In this document: positions 59,067-64,000 of the stretch, piece after piece
Layout of the letters: each line of letters begins with the position of its first letter
Position numbering within the stretch: the first letter of the stretch is position 1
Assembly (NCBI GenBank): GCA_021604645.1
Contig: BQJJ01000003.1
Location: forward strand, 176,551 to 240,550
DNA from: Methyloligella sp.
GTDB taxonomy: Bacteria > Pseudomonadota > Alphaproteobacteria > Rhizobiales > HXMU1428-3
Direction of reading: 5' to 3'
Length of the DNA: 64,000 nt
Translations under genes and position numbers: made by a program
The notes under the pieces: generated by a model
The model's database searches: none
Seen by the model: only the letters and a program-made list of their open reading frames with translations
Told to the model about the DNA's origin: nothing

Positions 59067-60845
59067 TTAGTGCTCAGTTGCTGCGCCAGCCCCGCGGGGG
59101 ACGCGTACGCTTTCGACGAGTTCTTTGATTTCGTCTGGTGTATCTTCTGTTATTGAAGATACGAAGTATGCGGCAACGAAGTTTAGAATAGCTCCAATTG
59201 CACCGATTGCTGTTGACTTAATGCCAAAGAGTGATCCTGCAATTGTATCTGGGAACGAAGCTGTTCCTGGAATGAAGAACCATCCTTTGTGCAAGAAGAT
59301 GTAGACAAGAGTGAATATTAAACCTGTCAACATGCCAGCAACGGCACCCCGGTTATTGATGCGTTTCGAGAAGATACCCATCATTAAGGCCGGGAAGATT
59401 GAAGCGGCTGCAAGACCGAAGGCTAGAGCCACCGTTTGTGCTGCGAAACCTGGGGGATTAAGTCCGAGATATGTTGCAACAGCAATTGCAACTGCCATTG
59501 AGATACGGGCAGCGAGTAGCTCTCCTTTTTCACTGATGCCTGGGTTTATGGACCCTTTGATCAGATCGTGACTAACGGCAGATGAAATTGCAAGGAGTAA
59601 TCCGGCTGCCGTTGAGAGGGCAGCTGCGAGGCCGCCAGCGGCAACTAACGCAATGACCCAGCCAGGTAGGTTTGCAATTTCAGGATTGGCGAGAACAAGA
59701 ATGTCTCTGTTTACAACTAGTTCAGAGCCTTTCCAGCCACGTGATTCAGCTGTCTCTGCAAAGCTCTTTGACTTGTCATTGTACATCTGAATGAGGCCGT
59801 CACCATTTTTATCTTCAAACTTAAGAAGGCCTGTAACTTCCCAGTTTTTCATCCAATCGGGACGTGCTTCATAAGCAAGTGATTTCTCAGCTGTTCCTTT
59901 TGGATAGATGGTGTCGATGATATTCAGGCGTGCCATCGCACCAACAGCTGGAGCCGTTAGATAGAGTAGAGCGATGAAGACAAGAGCCCAACCGGCTGAC
60001 CAGCGTGCATCTGCTACTTTTGGAACTGTGAAGAAGCGAATGATCACGTGAGGCAGACCGGCTGTACCGATCATCAATGAGAATGTGAATAAAACCATAT
60101 TAATCACGGAAGATGGTGTGCCATTTTGTGCTGTGTATTCTCTAAAGCCAAGTTCTGTTACAAGTTGATCAAGACGGCTTAGTAGTGCCTGGCCTGATTC
60201 AACATGGTCTCCGAAAAGACCTAAGGCTGGTACCGGGTTGCCTGTTAATTGTAATGAGATGAAAATGGCTGGGATTGTATAGGCTGTGATTAATACGCAG
60301 TATTGAGCAACCTGTGTGTATGTCACGCCTTTCATGCCACCTAGAACAGCATAAAAGAACACCACACCTGCACCAATCATAAGACCGACTGTATTGTTCA
60401 CTTCAAGGAAGCGAGAGAAGGCCACACCAACGCCTGTCATTTGGCCAATCACATAAGTGATTGAAGCAACGATTAGGCAGACAACCGCGATGATGCGTGC
60501 TGTTGGGCTGTAAAAGCGATCGCCAATAAATTCGGGAACAGTGAATTTGCCAAATTTACGTAAGTAGGGTGCTAGTAAGAGAGCAAGTAGCACGTAACCA
60601 CCAGTCCACCCCATTAGGAAGGATGAATTGATATAACCACCAAAGGCAATGAGGCCAGCCATTGAGATAAATGAAGCTGCTGACATCCAGTCAGCGGCTG
60701 TTGCCATACCGTTGGTGATTGGGTGAACGCCGCGACCAGCTGCGTAAAATTCTGATGTGGTACCGGCACGGGCCCACACTGCGATGCCGATGTATAGCGC
60801 AAAACTTGCTCCTACAAACAGCAGGTTAAGGGTATATTGATCCAT
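59067..60845 (-). CDS. actP: Sodium:solute symporter (acetate/monocarboxylate permease ActP-like)
   Basis: NGMATAADWMSAASF, GTAGLPHVIIRFFTV, LAAALSTAAG. Confidence 0.88.
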   Translation of the reverse strand: MDQYTLNLLFVGASFALYIGIAVWARAGTTSEFYAAGRGVHPITNGMATAADWMSAASFISMAGLIAFGGYINSSFLMGWTGGYVLLALLLAPYLRKFGKFTVPEFIGDRFYSPTARIIAVVCLIVASITYVIGQMTGVGVAFSRFLEVNNTVGLMIGAGVVFFYAVLGGMKGVTYTQVAQYCVLITAYTIPAIFISLQLTGNPVPALGLFGDHVESGQALLSRLDQLVTELGFREYTAQNGTPSSVINMVLFTFSLMIGTAGLPHVIIRFFTVPKVADARWSAGWALVFIALLYLTAPAVGAMARLNIIDTIYPKGTAEKSLAYEARPDWMKNWEVTGLLKFEDKNGDGLIQMYNDKSKSFAETAESRGWKGSELVVNRDILVLANPEIANLPGWVIALVAAGGLAAALSTAAGLLLAISSAVSHDLIKGSINPGISEKGELLAARISMAVAIAVATYLGLNPPGFAAQTVALAFGLAAASIFPALMMGIFSKRINNRGAVAGMLTGLIFTLVYIFLHKGWFFIPGTASFPDTIAGSLFGIKSTAIGAIGAILNFVAAYFVSSITEDTPDEIKELVESVRVPRGAGAATEH

Positions 60846-60858
60846 GTCTCAGCTCCTA

Positions 60859-61140
60859 TTATTCGTCAACGCCATGTTCTTTGTCGAGTTTATTCATACG
60901 CCACGCGTAGAAAAAGATTAGACAAAGAAAGACAAGAATTGAACCTTGCTGAGCGAACCAAAATCCGAGATCGGTTCCTCCGACTTTTATATCTGCAAGG
61001 AGTGGACGAAACAGGATGCCACACCCAAATGAGACGAATGCCCATATGATGAGTGAAACAATTATTATTCGAAGATTTGTTGACCAGTAGGCGCTATTGT
61101 TACCACCCCCGGTTTTATTTGATGAGTTTGTATCAGTCAT
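60859..61140 (-). CDS. DUF4212/YjcH-like small membrane partner of ActP
   Basis: YWSTNLR...LGFWFAQQGS; directly upstream of actP. Confidence 0.88.
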   Translation of the reverse strand: MTDTNSSNKTGGGNNSAYWSTNLRIIIVSLIIWAFVSFGCGILFRPLLADIKVGGTDLGFWFAQQGSILVFLCLIFFYAWRMNKLDKEHGVDE

Positions 61141-61731
61141 TTCTTCCCCTTTAAGTTTTTTGGATCGGAAGCACGGTCCTGATTTTATCAGTCATGATCT
61201 TAACCGGCATCTGATCTTTATTATTTACTTAAAACTCTGCGTTTGTGATTTTGGCAGAATGGACCTTTGACAAGATTGGCTACGACTTACACGACTGGTG
61301 CAGTGTTGCACGATCTGTGACTTGAGGTCCTGAGCGCAGTGAGCATAGGCACTTGTTCCGCTGCGGTTCTTCTTGTGCCGGGCCAGCTTTGTTATGAATT
61401 CAAGTTCATATTATTATGTAGCTGGTGCCCAGAGGAGAATGGTAAGGGGGTACGTTTATGGTTTTTATAATTTTTTACTATCAGTAAAAGCCCTTAAATC
61501 TCCTACGTAAGTTGTAGAATAAGCATAAGTGCATCGCAAGTATAAATCTATAAAAATGAATATATGAACGATTTTAAAAACGTTTGTGTGGGAATTTTAC
61601 AAATGAAATGGGGAGATAAATTCTTCTATGGTTAAGTTTATAGGTTAACATGGGGTAGTATGATATGATCCGCGCATCTCGCAAAGATTTTCATTTCGTA
61701 TAATCTTTGGAAGGTTTGTTTGAGGGACTGT

Positions 61732-62157
61732 TTAATCAATTTGAATTTTCTTTGTGCGGAGCTTTTTAAGGCTACCTCTTTTGGTTTTGCCTTCCAGACG
61801 CTTCTTCTTGGCTGATAATGTTGGTTTGGTTTTTATACGGTGTTTGGGAGTTCTTGCTGCATTTCTAATAATTTCAAATAGACGTTGTCGGGCATCACGG
61901 CGGTTTAGTTCTTGTGTGCGGTGTCTATCTGCAAAAATAATCATTATGCCTTCTTTAGTGAGGCGGCTGTCTTGCAGGTCTAAAATTTTTTTGCGGATAT
62001 ACTCAGGTAAATTGGGAGATCTTTTAACGTCAAAGCGAAGTTGTACAGCTGTTGCGACTTTGTTTACGTTTTGCCCTCCGGAGCCACCAGCGCGCACGAA
62101 ACGTTCGACAATTTCATTGTCGAAGAGGTGGATTTTCTCTGTGACTTTGATTTTAAT
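61732..62157 (-). CDS. arfB: Ribosome rescue peptidyl-tRNA hydrolase ArfB (apparent ATT start)
   Basis: FVRAGGSGGQNVNKVATAVQL, RTQELNR, basic tail; SD AGGAG 8 nt before an in-frame ATT at 62157. Confidence 0.9.
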   Translation of the reverse strand: MKIKVTEKIHLFDNEIVERFVRAGGSGGQNVNKVATAVQLRFDVKRSPNLPEYIRKKILDLQDSRLTKEGIMIIFADRHRTQELNRRDARQRLFEIIRNAARTPKHRIKTKPTLSAKKKRLEGKTKRGSLKKLRTKKIQID

Positions 62158-62182
62158 GTTGAATACTCCTAGAAGCTGCTTT

Positions 62183-62530
62183 TTAGATTAAACTTTCTTG
62201 AACGTCTTTTGTCCAGCCAACATAAATTGTTTTCTCAACTTCAATTACAGGGCGTTTAATCAGTGTGGGGTTGTCTTCAAGCGTGGATTGAGTTTCTTTT
62301 GAAAGGGCTGCTTCTTGTTCAGCTTTAGAGAGAGTGCGCCAGGTGGTTGATCTTTTGTTGAGTAACTTTTCTATGCCAACTGAACTAAGCCATGTGGGTA
62401 TTTTCGAAGAGAGGTCTACTTCAGCTCTAATATCAACAAAGTCATATTCTATGCCTTTTTGATCAAGGGCCTTCATAGCTTTCTTACAGGTGTCGCAGTT
62501 TTTCAAACCATAGAGATTTAGCTTTGCCAT
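62183..62530 (-). CDS. ArsC/Spx/MgsR-family protein
   Basis: YGLKNCDTCKKA, NKRSTTWR, PTLIKRPVI. Confidence 0.9.
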   Translation of the reverse strand: MAKLNLYGLKNCDTCKKAMKALDQKGIEYDFVDIRAEVDLSSKIPTWLSSVGIEKLLNKRSTTWRTLSKAEQEAALSKETQSTLEDNPTLIKRPVIEVEKTIYVGWTKDVQESLI

Positions 62531-62619
62531 TTTGTTCTTTCAAATTTTTTATTGAGACTTGTTCTTTTGCATAAATGGAAAAATTAATCACTGCAAACTC
62601 TATTTTCAAACTTCATTAT

Positions 62620-63258
62620 TTAGTGGTTATCCAGTTTGTTTATGTCGCTTATTTTGTCTATGTCAAAAAGGATATGAGGGGATGTTACTTCAATGAGTTT
62701 TAACTGGTCTTTGTTTTGCCTGATGATTTCTTTGGCTCCGTGATCGCCGCTTAATGTGGAGAGCTTTTCAAAATGAGTTTTACTAAATAGAACCGGGTGA
62801 CCAGGCGTGCCTTGATAAGCGGGGCGAAAAATGGATTTCTTATTTATGGTTTCAGTTTTTTGTTCTTGAGCGTAGTTGTTGCTCAGTTCCGATATGATCT
62901 CTTTTGTTATTTTTGGCATATCAGCTAAACAAATAAAAACGCCTTCACTGTTTTGAGGTAGGACAGACATTCCTGCTGCTATTGAAGCTCCCATACCTAG
63001 TTTGTAGTTTTCATTATGGAGGACTGTAATGTTGGTATTCTTATTTTTGATTGGAATAAGTTGTTTGTTTAGTGTCTCAGCATGGCCGCCTGTAACAACG
63101 ATGATTTTCTCAAGGTTGCTGTTTATTAAAGGAGATAAGCTCAAGGAAATAAGCGGCTTTTCGTTGATGAGCTGGGTGAGCTTTGAGCCTTCTTCAAAGC
63201 GAGTTGATTGACCGGCGGCGAGTAGAATGGCTGCTAACTTATTTGAATGAGCTAACAT
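62620..63258 (-). CDS. mocA: Molybdenum cofactor cytidylyltransferase-like NTP transferase
   Basis: LLAAGQSTRF, CLADMP, GHPVLF, GDHGAK, DID. Confidence 0.85.
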   Translation of the reverse strand: MLAHSNKLAAILLAAGQSTRFEEGSKLTQLINEKPLISLSLSPLINSNLEKIIVVTGGHAETLNKQLIPIKNKNTNITVLHNENYKLGMGASIAAGMSVLPQNSEGVFICLADMPKITKEIISELSNNYAQEQKTETINKKSIFRPAYQGTPGHPVLFSKTHFEKLSTLSGDHGAKEIIRQNKDQLKLIEVTSPHILFDIDKISDINKLDNH

Positions 63259-64000
63259 ATATAACCTTTGCTTTGTGCTTCATTCATAATTTCACAAATG
63301 ACGGAGAGTGCTAGCAGTGAGGGGTTTTTTGCAACGGGGATGATGCCGATTGGTCCTTTGATTTTTGCAATTTCGTCTTCTTTTATCCCGAGGGATTTTA
63401 AGGTTGCAATTCTTTGATAATGAGTTTTTTTGCTGCCCATTGCACCAATGTAAAATGGAGAAGTTTCTAATAGTTGTTTGTAGAGAGGTAACTCTTTTTC
63501 ATGATCGTGGAATAAGAGAACAACGGCCGTGAATTCGTCTATAAACAGATCGGGTTTGTTTGTTAGCTCTGTCGTTGTTAGAGTTTTAAAACCTTGAAGT
63601 TTTGCGGACTTCAATAGGTCATCTTCTGTCGTGCAAATTTTGGTTTTAATTTCAACATCTTTAGCGATATTGGCCATGCTCATAACGGCTGGCCCATTTC
63701 CTGCGATCAGTAATTGAAGAGGAGGGACGTAGTTTCGAAACATGATCATTTCATCTGCGGTTGGTCTTTCGTTTTCTTGCTCCTTATGGAGTGAAGTAAC
63801 TTTTGTGGTGCCCTCAGACATATTTATTGACAGTGTGTAGGCTTTTCTCTTGCTCGACAATTCCATCATTGTTTCAAGCTGGTTGAGTTTGATGGATTGA
63901 TCAAAATATAGATCAAGTCCGCTACCGCATGGAAGTTTTAAGTCTATGTAGGGGGACCCTTTGCCATAGCGGATGAGTTTGTTTTGGTTTGAACTCATGA
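63252..64000 (-). CDS. xdhC: XdhC/CoxI Moco chaperone (5'-truncated by window edge)
   Basis: YGKGSPYIDLKLPCGSGL, YIGAMGSKKTH, GPIG. Confidence 0.88.
   Translation of the reverse strand, partial: MSSNQNKLIRYGKGSPYIDLKLPCGSGLDLYFDQSIKLNQLETMMELSSKRKAYTLSINMSEGTTKVTSLHKEQENERPTADEMIMFRNYVPPLQLLIAGNGPAVMSMANIAKDVEIKTKICTTEDDLLKSAKLQGFKTLTTTELTNKPDLFIDEFTAVVLLFHDHEKELPLYKQLLETSPFYIGAMGSKKTHYQRIATLKSLGIKEDEIAKIKGPIGIIPVAKNPSLLALSVICEIMNEAQSKGYIC

Noticed and set aside
61502-61517. CTAC-N7-GTAG as a CrbR/MctR-type site
   Set aside because: Only 4-bp arms, and the spacing does not match a consensus I can vouch for
191-63211. Many antisense or alternate-frame ORFs in the track (e.g. 6795-7313, 13025-13513, 19164-19778, 51453-52190, 8245-8445, 20601-20786)
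   Set aside because: Shadows of well-supported genes or of repeat regions, with no motifs or SD
28420-64000. Integrative island at tRNA-Leu
   Set aside because: No integrase and no repeat of the tRNA 3' end was found by eye downstream

Overview
Low-GC alphaproteobacterial chromosome segment. The ribosomal gene order, the rplQ-degQ-rarA-crcB-rluA-HAD-ATP12 and pccB/pccA-lipB-fliN-tRNA-Leu synteny, and the porin N-terminus point to Hyphomicrobiales, probably a Hyphomicrobiaceae-like lineage (inference). 1-8.1 kb holds the end of the spc operon and the alpha operon (rpsH to rplQ). 8-28.4 kb is a conserved core backbone interrupted by small accessory cassettes: MFS/MarR/SRPBCC, a Tae4-like amidase plus a 2-TM protein, a DUF1566 protein, HscC plus a J-protein, and a HEXXH protein. 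After tRNA-Leu(GAG) come a Cys-rich secreted protein, a YyaL-DsbD fusion, a four-gene sigma54-type redox operon, a sigma54/AcoR acetoin-dehydrogenase-like cluster with a split E2, a porin, an AT-rich LuxR-solo/beta-barrel/lipoprotein module, iorAB, a Kef antiporter, the actP-DUF294-exonuclease cluster, arfB, an ArsC/Spx-like gene, mocA and a partial xdhC. The best candidate for an undescribed system is the operon at 32.3-36.9 kb. It encodes a NirB-like FAD/[2Fe-2S] oxidoreductase fused to a NOX/ferric-reductase-type di-heme-b membrane domain, an 11-heme membrane-anchored cytochrome c, a DUF3365 monoheme protein, and a globin ending in a MinD-type membrane-targeting helix. Together these read as a complete NAD(P)H-to-periplasm electron conduit. 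Other notable signals: an apparent AUU start for arfB, a lux-box-linked LuxR solo lacking the AHL-binding residues, a family of covarying intergenic hairpin repeats, and a TM-HAMP-PAS-exonuclease paired with a cNMP/CBS nucleotidyltransferase. No CRISPR array, rRNA, integrase or transposase was seen. All family assignments come from motif recognition by eye; no database search was run.
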